Origin: Negaprion brevirostris
Taxonomy: Eukaryota
Direction: 5' to 3'
Assembly (NCBI GenBank): GCA_030324005.1
Contig: JARDVH010000157.1
Coordinates: 22,704,208 to 22,768,207 of the forward strand
Length of the DNA stretch: 64,000 bases
Of this stretch, positions 24,731 to 37,200 are shown in pieces (position 1 is the first letter of the stretch; each line of letters begins with the position of its first letter). The notes under the pieces are model-generated. The model was not told the DNA's origin, ran no database searches, and worked only from the letters and a program-made list of their open reading frames with translations. Position numbers and translations under genes: made by a program.

Positions 24731-27700
24731 ATCGCATACATACACACACACATAAGCTGCTGGTGGAGTTCACATCCCTCACTCCGTAAAAGGGGTCACT
24801 AGCTGCCTTTACAGTATTCCTATTGTTATGTGGCATTGCTACCATCTCGGGTCGATCTGCTCAAACGTCCTTTCTCATGCCACTCGACAGTTTTCCAATC
24901 GTTCAGAAAGATCGTTGACTTTATAAAAACAAAAAGGAAATGAAACAACATATTATTTCCAATTTTTGTTCTTGCCCGTGACTTAGCTAAATTTGATTGT
25001 GGGAATCCTCTCTGTGTTTTTAAACCTATTATATTTTATATTCTTCCCCCTCCCAATAAAAACGTAAAGTTCACAACTGTTTCGTGCTAATGTTGTAAAT
25101 ATTGGTGGCTGCAGCCCCAGGAGAGAGAAAGATGTGAAGATCTGANNNNNNNNNNNNNNNNNNNNNNNNNNNNNNNNNNNNNNNNNNNNNNNNNNNNNNN
25201 NNNNNNNNNNNNNNNNNNNNNNNNNNNNNNNNNNNNNNNNNNNNNACTGTTTTAAGACACATGGGAGCTGTAATGGAGGACAGGGGCTGTCTGTGGGAAA
25301 CAGAGCTGGGGGAGGGGAACACAACACATTCACTGATAGCAAAGGTCCAAACTGGCGCTCCTCTGCGATCAGACACTGCTTGGCCTTGTACAGCAGAGGA
25401 AAAAAAGACAGGCACAAGAAATACTTAAAATTAGCAAGGCAATTTATGCAACGTATCATTTAAACCAATTAATGGAAGGAAACAACTTGATATATCATAG
25501 CTTTACAATACTTCAGTTTCTCGGAGAGATTCTGATTTTCAGATATTGCTGCTGAATTTTGCTCAAGTTTATTTATATCCCAGACAGGAAGCAGCGATCC
25601 GAGGTGCAATTAAAAGCATCGTGTAGTCAGCGGGTAATATTTGAAAAAATGTAACCAGTTTACTGTATAAAGCATAAATTAAACGGTGAAAGGAAGTTAC
25701 CGAGTTTGCGAAATGTCTATAATGGAAGGTGAAAGTTTTTTTTAAACGAGGTATTGATGCAAAAAGGAAATGATAAAATCGGGATACTGAGCGTAGCGTG
25801 TGGTGCTCAGCGTGAGTAAAATGGCGGACTCGTTCTCAGCATCAAGCCTCACGTTTGGCATTTGAAGCATGCACTTGTACCTACCCGTCAAAGGATGTGT
25901 AACAAAACCTGATTTATCATTTCTCGTAATTCTCAAAGCTTAAACGAGCATTGTGTCCTGCAGATTCCTGTGATTGCAAAATACTGCTCAATGTTATTTT
26001 GAAGTAGACTTAAATATTTTATATTTTATGTTTCATCTTGCATTTTTAAATATAAATTCAACCGCAACTGACGAAAGATTTATCGTAATTCTTGAAGCCC
26101 GATCTTTGAGATACTTTTAAATACTGGGGAGAACTCATGAATTATTCCTTAGGGCAAGCACAAGCAGATCTTTGAATTCCCAGACGTATTAGAATTTGAC
26201 TTTGATTTCTTTCGCAATATTAAATATATCTGGTTTTGAACGTTATACGTTAGTTAAAAATCAAAGGAAGAGACCAGAAGACCTAAACACAATTGACTTA
26301 ATCGAGGGATTACAGTAAAGTTTCTGTCTTGTGTCTAAAATTATGCCACCATGTTAAAATCCTTACATTTTGGATATTTTATGCTGTAAAGAATTTAATA
26401 AAGCATTGTAAAAGGAACAAATGTATTTGTAACACCCCTTCAAAACTTTTGCAATTGATTTAAGTCGTACTAGTTTGTCCAATTTAATACAAGTGGTAAT
26501 GTGGAGATTGAGTGAGTATATTTTGGGCAGTCTTCCATGTTTAGATAAAGGCTTTTAGTGAAAGTCTCCTATCTTTTAGGTTGAGTGCTGGAGTTGCCTA
26601 GTTACTGTTGCTTGGTGATTTGTTAAAAAAAAGCTTTTAAGTTGTCAGTGTCTGAAGTAAGATCTCGTTTTTTTTTGGTGAAAGTCCTGTATAAATCATG
26701 CATTTATACCAATGCTGTGCTTGTTCAGAAGAAAAACTTTTGATCCACTTGCAAGCATCCTTTTCTGATGATCAATATGCACCCTTTATGACAATATTTT
26801 CTAAATTGCTTCTATTTGTATTGCTCAGTAATTTACATGGTATCAATATGCTAATATTTAAACACATGTATAATAAATTTAGCAATACTTTGATAAATTT
26901 ATCCAATTTACAAAGGAAAACAAGAGCATGTCTGGAAATACTGTAAGATTATTTTTTGTAATTCAGCCAGAAATTAATGGAAAGATTTAGTTACAACTCT
27001 GAGGAAGGAAAATACGTTGCACCATTTTCTTAAACTGGGTTGTGACTATTTAGTAAAAAACTGCATTATTAAAATATTTTAATCTATTATAATTGCCACG
27101 GTGGTTTGCAAGAATTATCGAGAGTGATTTGTGGTTGGCAGAATCTAGTGTCTATTGCTATATTTAATCATAGAGGAGGACTGTATTTCTGTTATACCAG
27201 TTTGAAATGCAAATAAGCCAGTTCCCACCCCTCCCCCACCAGAGAATGAGACAGAAACGCAAAGGGGAGGGTGCATTAGGTTTCAGATAGAAATGATCTG
27301 GAACATTGTTTTAAAAGTCCAAATAAATTTAATAGATTGCGAAACAAACCTCGTGGCTAATTCATCTGGTACGACAATATTCAGATTATTTATGTTTTTC
27401 ATTGTGTTTTATTTTGTAACATTGAGGGAGGGTTGAGAGGAAGTCATTGGTATACCTTGAACCCAGTCGATGCCTTATTCTTTTGTTGAGTGCACTTTAT
27501 ACATTGTCCAGAATTAGGACATTGTAACTAGATGTTTCAGTAGCAAGAGTCGGGTTCCTTCTGTAAGGAAAAAGGAATAAGTATGACATAGACATTTAAA
27601 ATTACTTAACTTTTCTTGCCCATGTACTGTCATTTTTGTGCATGAAAACAACAGTAGTCAGAGGCTGTGGGTAGGGCGTGCCTTCCTTGTGGTCTGTATT

Positions 27701-28944
27701 TTATTGAAGTAAGCCCGTTTAAATGAAAATAGTTAAACATGACTCAATTGCACAATCAGTCTAAGGAGAGGAATTTCAAACTATACAGTAAAATGGTGCT
27801 AATTGACTGTAGAAGAAATCACTTCATGGTCAGGGTTTGAATTTTGGTCATTTTCACGGCAAAATATATTGTGTAATAAATAGGTGATACTGGATAGCCC
27901 ACCTTTTTTCACATACAAAACTACTATTTTCGATTTTTGATACAATTGTTTTTTTCCCCATCTAAGAAAGAAACTTACTCTTAATACGAAAACTGCCTGT
28001 CCATTCTGACTGTTAATATTGATATGGGAAAATTAAATTGTTTTCCCAGCTTTATACTGACATGGGAAAATTAAATTGGACCAGAAAAGAAGACCAGGTC
28101 TTAGCTTCATGAGATCCAATCAGCAGCAGATAGATGCAAACTATATTGGGAATGCAGCTGTCATATTTTTCTTATACCCTCTGCTGCAAAAGCATTTAAA
28201 TCTTCATCTTCCTTTCCCCTTGCCACTCCCACAAGGTAGTTGCATACTCTGGTAAAAGGAAATTACAATTGGGACAGCCTTTCTGAGATCCAGTTGTATA
28301 AATGGAACAATTGCACCTAGTAATAGATTCACACAGAGATTGTGGAAGTAGTTTCATAATAATGTAATTGCATTTTTGTCTTTTAAATTGTATCATCTAC
28401 ACAGCAACACCCCAACTGAAGTTGAAGCCAGATTCAAATTGGACGTTTTCCATCTCTGTGATAGCAGCCATTAACTTCTTCAGAGTGATTGTTAGCAACA
28501 TTTGGTCACCAGATGTGAGCCAATAAAAATTAATTTGGCATCTGCTGTCATTTTATATGTATTTCAAATCCTTTGCCTATTTCAATAATGCTACAATCAA
28601 GGCAACTATTCATAGGGTAGTGAAATGATAAATTTGGCTTTGGTATTGCATGGCTAACAGTGAAAAAAAATGAATAATGAACGCTGACCCTTTTGTCCGA
28701 ATGTGCTGGCTCCAACCAACCAGTTGAGGTTTATTGGCATAACAGACAATAAAGGTGCCAGCTGCTCAGAGTTGCTGGTTTCACATACATGGGAAATAGC
28801 TCCCAGCAGAATGCAAGAGTACCACTGTACTTGTATTCAAATAATCTATTCTCAGTCATTAAAAAAAATGCAGACATTTAAAAACTTTAATTATTTACAT
28901 TGTAAGGAATTTTTGGTGTTGAAACACCTGTATCAGTGTTTAGT

Positions 28945-29345
28945 GCTGATGCTTGAGTCAGAAGGTCCTTGGATTCAACCCCCAATGGAAAACCCTGAGA
29001 CAGTAAATTGGGTAATATAACAAAAGCAAAATATCGCTGGAAATCTGAAACTTGGGTTGTCACCTCAAGTGTGTTAGAGGGAAGATTGCTGATATATTTT
29101 GATATATTAATTTGAAGGCTGGCCTGCCTATTTAGATTGATATAAGTTTTCTAATTTTTGGAAAAGAAAAGCACAACATTCTCACTCAATGTCCTGATCA
29201 GTATTATCAAATAGATTAACTGGTCGTTTATGGAGTTGTCTCTGTCATTGCTGTGCTCAGATTTGCTGGCCTACTTTACAATGACAGGTATATTTAAGTT
29301 GTAATTCATTGGCTGTGAAGCATTTCCCTGCATCCCGGAGACACC
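28945..29345 (+). mobile_element. Degenerate SacSINE1/Deu-SINE
   Basis: Head cttgagtcagaaggtccttggattcaaccc and Deu-like cattgctgtgctcag...gtaattcattggctgtgaagcatt. Confidence 0.55.
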
Positions 29346-29837
29346 AAAGGCACAGAGGGAACTATCTACATTATTAGGTGAAAGTGTTTAAGGATTTTTT
29401 TAATAAAGTTGGTTCTGTAGTATCTTTCCTAAATAGTGAAAATGAAAGGGATGTTGCAAACGTTTATTGTGTTTTAATCTTCAAAGAACAGGATTCTGAT
29501 AATTTTATGTACATTATAATTTTTTGTGACTAAAACAGTTCTCCCTAATCCACAACGGATTAGACAAAATTCCATTTTTGATTTATATTGTACAATTGAG
29601 AATTTAATGCTCAAAATATTGATTAGAAAGTTTACCTCTTTAATTTATATATTCCTGTCTTTACAGAGATGGATTTAGTTATCTCAGCGTAATTGGTCAT
29701 TCTTCATTTTTGAGCCTGGACTTTAAACTTTGGCAGGCTATATTAGCTTGGAAGACGTTGTAATTTAGTCAAATTCTACCCTTCCTTGTGTGGTGTCAAT
29801 GTGTATTTTAGTTTCAAGGGTGGAATCTGTAGTAAAA

Positions 29838-30081
29838 GTCACAAGTAAGGCTTACGTTAACCCTGCAATGAGGTTACTGTGAATTTCCCCTAGTCACCAT
29901 ATTCTGGCACCTGTTTGGGTCAATGCGCCTTACCAGCATGTCTTTCAGACTGTGGGAGGAAACCGGAGCACACGGGGAGAACGTGCAAACTCCACACAGA
30001 CAGTGACCAAAGCTGGGAATCAAACCCAGGTCCCTGGTACTGTGAGGCAGCAGTGCTAACCACTGAGTCACCATGCCACCC
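29838..30081 (-). mobile_element. HE1-head SINE with alternative tail
   Basis: Reverse complement: actgtgggaggaaaccggagcac...gcaaactccacacagacagtgacc...gcagcagtgctaaccact. Confidence 0.9.
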
Positions 30082-31734
30082 CAATCAGAATAGGGAATCC
30101 TGCCAGTTTCACCTTTTTTCCTGCACACTGTCCACCCAGTTCAGATGTATTAAGATCAGTGGCAACCATGGAATTTTTGGCCGAGCTTCGTGTTGGGCAG
30201 CATATTTAGTAATTGAAGATGTTGTAGATTGAATGATCATTTTCTTGTGCTCTGACTTTTAGGACAAATTTTGGACACATCTGTTGACATATTAGGTATC
30301 TCAGAATATGAGGACATATTCAGTTACATTAATGGCAAAGAGCCTGGTTATCATTGACACACCCAGTATCCCGGTGCAGGGTGAAATGCAACAAGTTGGA
30401 CTGAGCACTTTAAAGTCAAGAAATGTTTCACTTGAGCATTATCAAACAAAATTTAATACCAGGCCGCATAACAAGATATTAGGACATGTGACCAAACAAC
30501 TGGGTAAATAGAAATGTTTTAAGTGTTTTAAAGGGGGAAGGAGAGTTAAAAGGTATCTAACATCTGGGGCCCAGGCAGATAAAAGCTCGGCTGTCAGCGA
30601 TGGAGCAATTAAAATTGGAGACCTGCAAGAGGTCAGAGTGCAATTTGATACAAATCATATTCGTCCTCACAGATGGTTCTTGCAAGCTATCAGCTTATTT
30701 ATAATTAGTATACTGTTGTGGAATAACTATCAACAATGATGAGAAACTGCTGGTTTTAAACCTACACTTAAAATATACAATTGACTGCTTTGTACAATGG
30801 AAAATTATTAATAATTTTTCATGTGTCCTTTGAACGTTACAAGTCTGATGTTTTCTTCTATTAGGCATTATAAATAGGGCAAGAACAAGAATTGTTATGA
30901 ATTTTACCTGAACAAATGAAACCTTGCTCTTTGTAACTGAAACACCATTGTTTTTCTAAAACATTGTTTTTCTTGGGCCCTTTTATACAGCATATAAATA
31001 ATCGTGATGTTGGATACAATAGTTATCCGATGACAGACTGAACAATGTAGTCATGAATGTGTTTTGATGTTGGGTCTGCCTATTGAATAAATGCATCTAG
31101 TTTGTACTTGCTAAGTATTTTCACTGTCATGCAGATATGAAAAGTAACATTTTAAAATGTTGAAAGTTGACAGAAGTGTAGTTATGGAATAGTAGTGCAT
31201 TTGTTTTGAATTTATGGATTTAATTTGTTTCATGAAGATTAACTCAGATGGCAGCTATTGTTTTAAATAGCATGAGTCTTATGGATATTGGATTTAAGTT
31301 GCTAATGGCTGCACCGTGTAAATAACAGAATTTCACATGTTCTCAAAAAAGATAATCGTGCATCTCCAGCAAATTTTTGGTATTTTAACTACTGCACAAT
31401 TCCCAGCTGACAAAAGTTTAGTTTTCTGCTGATTTTATTGTGGTAAACTGGTTGTGCTCTACTTGTCTCTGTATATGTTTGAATTATTATGGTTCCTGTG
31501 GTTACTAAATTGTCTGGGAACTTGATTCAAAAGCATTTGGCACAACAGCAGGACATGAGTAAAAAGGTTTTTTTTCTCTTCCAGTCTCTCAGGTAATTGA
31601 GAGCCCCCTATGTTTAGCCTAATGGTGATTATTTATCTTCTGATTTGTCTGTTTAACTACCTAATCAAATACTCAGCAGGATGCAGATAATGTTGCATTT
31701 TTAAATGGATTATATAAAAAATATAAAGAAACAT

Positions 31735-31942
31735 ATTTTATGCACTGCGTAGTTAGGATCTGGAATGTACTGCCTGAGAGGGATATTCAGTAAGGCTTTC
31801 AAAAGGGAATTGAATAACCACCTGAGGAGAAAATGTATGGGGAGAATGGAGGGGAAGGGGGATTGGCTGGGTTGCTCTCGCACAGGGCTGCCATGGCCAG
31901 GATGAGCCAAATGATCTCTTTCTGTGCTGTAACAATTCTGAT
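31735..31942 (+). mobile_element. CR1 3' UTR fragment
   Basis: gttaggatctggaatgtactgcctgagag...gctttcaaaagggaattg...gagccaaatgatctctttctgtgctgtaacaattctg. Confidence 0.7.
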
Positions 31943-32589
31943 TCATTCAACTAATGTTCAGGTGATTTCTCTGTGTCTGCCCTGTCAAATTACTTTATCG
32001 CTTAAACATCTCACCATGAACATTGGTCAATCTACAAAATATTGTTTTTAAAAGTTGCAGGTTGAGTTTTCCTCAAGCCATTTTGCTTTCANNNNNNNNN
32101 NNNNNNNNNNNNNNNNNNNNNNNNNNNNNNNNNNNNNNNNNNNNNNNNNNNNNNNNNNNNNNNNNNNNNNNNNNNNNNNNNNNNNNNNNNNTTCTGCCTG
32201 ATTCTAAATTCAGAAGAATATGCTGCAGCTTTAGGAACCTGTTGCAATAATTTAATCCTTAGATCACTGGAATCTTTTAGGTGACTCTGTGCCTATGATC
32301 CTTAAATCTCTTACCCTCTAGTCTGGTCACTTGTGCATTAATTGCATACTGTTGAGGACCTTACCTTCCGCAATCGAGATCCTAAAGCTCTCTCATTTTA
32401 CCACTCTTCCTTTCTTTACAATGTTACTTGAACCCTAACCTCTTTGATCAAGCTTTTGGTCGTCTTCTGTAATAATCTTGTGGGGTCAGTGTCAAGTTTT
32501 GTTAGGTAATGCTCCTGTGAAATGCCATGGGATGTTTTATTTTATGGCATTATATTAATATAAGATGTTGTGTCATATCTCTCAAATGG

Positions 32590-33070
32590 CAAATATTTTT
32601 CCTGAGGCGTGTAGGCCAAAACTAAGTACTTCAAATGGACTTGTAGTCTGTACAAGTGAAGCACCATATCCTCACTTTTGAATTCCACCTCCTAGGAAAT
32701 AAAAGGCCGACATTCTGTTGGCCTTTTTGATAGTCTTTTGTACATGTGTACTAGCTTTTCATGATTCATGTACTGGGATTTCCAAGCCCCATTGTCCTTC
32801 CACGGCTGGTCGGTCATAATTAAAAAAATACTCTAACTTGTCTTTCTCAGATCCAAAGTGAAGGAGTTCTCCATATTAAATTCCATCTGCTATAGTTTTG
32901 CTCACTCAGTTTGGTTTTGATATTGTCACTTCCTGCTGCCATCTATATAACTTACTGTGGCTCTTATTTTAGTCATTTTCAAAATGTGATATACAATCGT
33001 CCATGCTTTCATTCAAGTTATTAATATACTTGATCATCTGTGGGGAATACAGTTTGTCATATCTTCTAAA
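32590..33070 (-). mobile_element. Old CR1 RT fragment
   Basis: attaaattccatctgctatagttttgc (reverse of the W..WQMEFN motif) and attctgttggccttttt. Confidence 0.55.
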
Positions 33071-33074
33071 TATT

Positions 33075-33400
33075 GAAGGTAGTGGATGGATGGCCTGTCA
33101 GTTAAGTAGGCTACTTTGTCCAGGATAATGTTGAGTATCTTGACCGCTGTTGCAGCTGCACTGGTTCAGATACTGGAAAATAACACTCTTGGCGTGTGCT
33201 CCATACATTTTACCTATCCTCTGAGCAGCTCTTGTAGTTGTAGGATTACATGGTTGTCTAGTTAAGTTCATGGTTAATGGTGACCCTTGGCTGGTGGTAG
33301 ATTTGGGGATCATAATGCCACTGAATCTCAAGACAGGGTAGAAATCTTGTTGGAAAATGGTCATTAGGTGGCATTTAACATTACTTGCCACTTGTCATCG
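33075..33400 (-). mobile_element. L2 LINE fragment
   Basis: ctactttgtccaggataatgttgagtatcttga...gttgcagctgcac, the reverse complement of the L2 segment at 46300-46370. Confidence 0.6.
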
Positions 33401-34609
33401 CAATTGTCTGTATTATGGTGCTGTGTTATAAATTACTAATGGAGTTTAGCGTTGTTGTGGAAACATACACTTTTACATGGATCTTGACGGTAGCAGCTCC
33501 AAATGTCTTTACATCACTTGGCTGACCAGGAATCTCTCCCGCACTTACATGTGTTGGAAAGATTTATAGGTTGGTGGTCAACCTGTTTGGCTGAATTGTG
33601 AATACACCTTCATCAACAATCAAGTCCTGAAGTGGGATGCAAAACCCTCTGGCTCAGAGGAAAGATGCTACCCACTGCATCAGAAGACATCCCTCCCTCC
33701 CTTATGAACAGTATTCGTCCATTGCCACCTTTTCCCATTGCATTCTTGTTGATCTTGTGTTGTTGATAAATTGGCAGTTTTCTGCAGTTGAGACAGAATA
33801 CTTTGTTGGAAATTTGAAATTTAAACAGATAATGCTACAAGGTCTCAACGGGTCTGATGGTATCTGTGAAGAAACAGTAAACAAACTATAAAAATTTGTT
33901 TCAGGTTGGAATCTATTATTCTGAGATGCTTTTGACATTGCAATATTAAATCTCAAAATCTAGCAAGCAGATTACCGTACAAAAGGTATTTAGCCTTTTT
34001 GGACCATTCAACTTTGAGAAGATTATGTAAAACACACAGTTTCTTNNNNNNNNNNNNNNNNNNNNNNNNNNNNNNNNNNNNNNNNNNNNNNNNNNNNNNN
34101 NNNNNNNNNNNNNNNNNNNNNNNNNNNNNNNNNNNNNNNNNNNNNNNNNNNNNNNNNNNNNNNNNNNNNNNNNNNNNNNNNNNNNNNNNNNNNNNNNNNN
34201 NNNNNNNNNNNNNNNNNNNNNNNNNNNNNNNNNNNNNNNNNNNNNNNNNNNNNNNNNNNNNNNNNNNNNNNNNNNNNNNNNNNNNNNNNNNNNNNNNNNN
34301 NNNNNNNNNNNNNNNNNNNNNNNNNNNNNNNNNNNNNNNNNNNNNNNNNNNNNNNNNNNNNNNNNNNNNNNNNNNNNNNNNNNNNNNNNNNNNNNNNNNN
34401 NNNNNNNNNNNNNNNNNNNNNNNNNNNNNNNNNNNNNNNNNNNNNNNNNNNNNNNNNNNNNNNNNNNNNNNNNNNNNNNNNNNNNNNNNNNNNNNNNNNN
34501 NNNNNNNNNNNNNNNNNNNNNNNNNNNNNNNNNNNNNNNNNNNNNNNNNNNNNNNNNNNNNNNNNNNNNNNNNNNNNNNNNNNNNNNNNNNNNNNNNNNN
34601 NNNNNNNNN

Positions 34610-34682
34610 ATCTTATTGAATGGCGGGGCAGGCTCGAAGGGCTGGATGGCCTACTCCTGCTCCTATTTCTTATGTTCTTATT
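34610..34682 (+). mobile_element. CR1 3' tail adjoining a gap
   Basis: atcttattgaatggcggggcaggctcgaagggctggatggcctactcctgctcctatttcttatgttctta; reverse complement of 987-1055. Confidence 0.8.
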
Positions 34683-34834
34683 TACCATAATACCAAAGGA
34701 ATCTGTGTTTCTAGATAGTATTGATAAACTTATTAAAAATAATGCAAGTAACCCCTTGTCCTACTCATTTTGTTATTTATTTGCTCTGACACACTGATTA
34801 TGTAAGTTTTCACTACCCTTAGGCCATTTAAAAA

Positions 34835-35130
34835 TGCGAAATTGTTCCTGATGGTTCCGTTGACAACTGAGGGAACTCAACAGATTTTATTTCTGGTGCT
34901 ACAATTGGTCTCTGTGGCCTGACTCAGATTGGCAAGATCAGTTCCTGTTTGATTTCTAACCATTAACTAGCTCCTGGTACTTGTACGTGAATGCTGTTAA
35001 ACAGGATTGTACATTATAGTTACTGAATGAATATGAAGCTAACACTCAAATGTCTTGAGTTTGTACAGAAAGAATATCCACTATGGGGAAGGTAATAAAA
35101 GGTTCCAGAAATATATACTTGACATTGTCA
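34835..35130 (+). mobile_element. AmnSINE2-like ancient SINE
   Basis: ggtgctacaattggtctctg...aacactcaaatgtctt...gaaagaatatccactatggggaaggta. Confidence 0.45.
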
Positions 35131-35752
35131 GCATTTTCAGTAATAGAAGAAAATAGAATAGTTTCTGTAAATTTAATGGAACTGGTAAAATGTTCTGCAT
35201 GACAACACCACCGTAGTTTATCATCTCTTTAGGGGAGAGATTTGGTTGCTAGCGGCACTTGGGGCGGAACTGAACCAGAAGAGTGTTCATTTTTGAATGA
35301 CGCTTAAAATGCCCTGGCTGTCTCTGTTTTAAGATGAGTAAGGAAAGCTGCAAATATTTTTGGCAGCAAGGGGAAGAGAATTTTTTAGTTAAAAGTATTT
35401 GGAGTAATAACGTTGTTCAATGGTGCTGTATTTTTTCTTCATTTTGGTGCTGTTTTAGGGATGTTGGTAATTTGAACAAGTTTGAGTTTAACTTGACATT
35501 GAACCACTTTAGCAAAGTGGTTCTGTTCAAAAGGGAGAAAAGACAAAATATAATTTGAAAGTTAAAAGGCATCAGTCAGATGAACAGGGATATTGGTGAA
35601 CAGTAAGTCAGGCAAAATAAATAAGGCCAGACAAAAAAAAATCTCAAGTGGGTGAGGAGTGAGTTCACTATCAGTGTAAGCGGGCAGTCCAATACTTAGC
35701 TGGGGGTGGGGGAATGCAGAAGGTCGATGGTCTTGCTTAGTGNNNNNNNNNN

Positions 35753-35792
<40 letters not shown>
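35753..35792. repeat. Poly-C homopolymer next to a small gap
   Basis: About 40 consecutive C; the length is unreliable. Confidence 0.85.
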
Positions 35793-36739
35793 ACAGTCTC
35801 TAGTGCTCAGCAGACCTCACAGGAACATGGCTGTTCAGCTTTTTCCCTGCAGTTTCTGTATATCTTTTGCTGAGGTGTCTTTCATACTCAAGAGTTTACT
35901 TTGCTTTGAAATCTTTCCATTTTTAATTTCCATTCTGATCCCCACCTCAACAGTCAACTTGTCCCTAAAAGACAAAAACAACAGACACTTGATTCCAGTT
36001 TGACATTTTCTCTGTGGCTGCAGACTGTTATTTCTTTTTGTTCTTTTAAAGTTATGCTTTTTGCTTCTGACCAGATAATCTTGGGAACGTAGAAGATGCT
36101 TCTTATATTCCATGTGGAGCCAAATCCTTTGATGATTGAGCAGAGAATATTTGCGTCTTATGCACATTTGGGCTATTATGTAATCTTAGGCCAGTTCACA
36201 TTGATATTGATATGTTCAATTATGTTATGTTGACAGCCCCACCTACTGGTGCAGTATTTTTAGAATCTTGAGATCACTAATTATTTTAATATATATATAG
36301 TGCCACCACTGGTGTGAGGGTCTAATTGGGAAGTAATAATTATTTTATGGACAGTTTTCATTACATATTATTATGCACATATTAATAAGGAAAAATATAA
36401 TATATTTATATAGTTCCTTTCATCACTTCAGTGTTCTTGAAGCCCTTCACAGCCAAATGAAGTATTTATGAATATCATGTTCGGAAAAGTTGACCAGAAA
36501 TGTTATTTAATGTATTATAAATATGTAGGTAACAAATCATTACAAGAAATTGGTTTGTAAAGAACAAAACAAACATTGGAAATCTGTCTTGACGTTGAAG
36601 TTGAAACAAACTTGACATTGAAACAAACTAAGTCTTGACATTGAAGTTGGGATCTTGATGCAAGTTTCATTGATCTATCTTTTGATTAGCCTTGAGCAAT
36701 GTTGCGCAGTATAAGATGTAATTAAGATTACTGCAATGC

Positions 36740-37200
36740 ATGTGACTCACCCATCCCATTTTTGAAAGATGGTAGTTGATGTAGCTTTGTAAATGCTATG
36801 CGCTAAATTATTGATGACCATGAGGATTGTTTTTTTTTGGATCATCACTTCCCATTTCTCACCAGTCTCAGTAACTACTGTAAATTTTTGTTCTCTAGTT
36901 TCTATTTGTAGACAGTTTGCTATCCATTCTGTCGCTTGTTCCTTGATTCGTATCCTATCGCTTGCCAAAGGCACTTTAACGTCCATGTATATTAAATCCC
37001 CGCATTACCCTTGTCTACTTTTTCTGTTATTCCTTCAAATAAATCAGTAAGATTAATCAAGCATGCCTTCCCCTTTTGGAACCTGTGCTATTGTACTTTG
37101 TCTCCTGGATTTTTTTCCTGTTCCATCTTTGAGTGATGGTTGCATTATGCTTCTATCACCTGACAAGCTAAATTGTCTGCTAGTTCATTGGAATTGTTGT
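36740..37200 (-). mobile_element. Old CR1 RT fragment
   Basis: The minus frame gives EWIANCL..REQK (WIxNWL..RQQ-like) and the remnant ttgccaaaggcactt...tccatgtatatta (Y.DF.KAF). Confidence 0.55.

Noticed and set aside
33999-34688. 206-aa and 221-aa ORFs, and other X-filled ORFs in the track
   Set aside because: They are open only because they run through N gaps.
35740-36003. Polyproline-containing ORF
   Set aside because: Translation of a poly-C run next to a gap.
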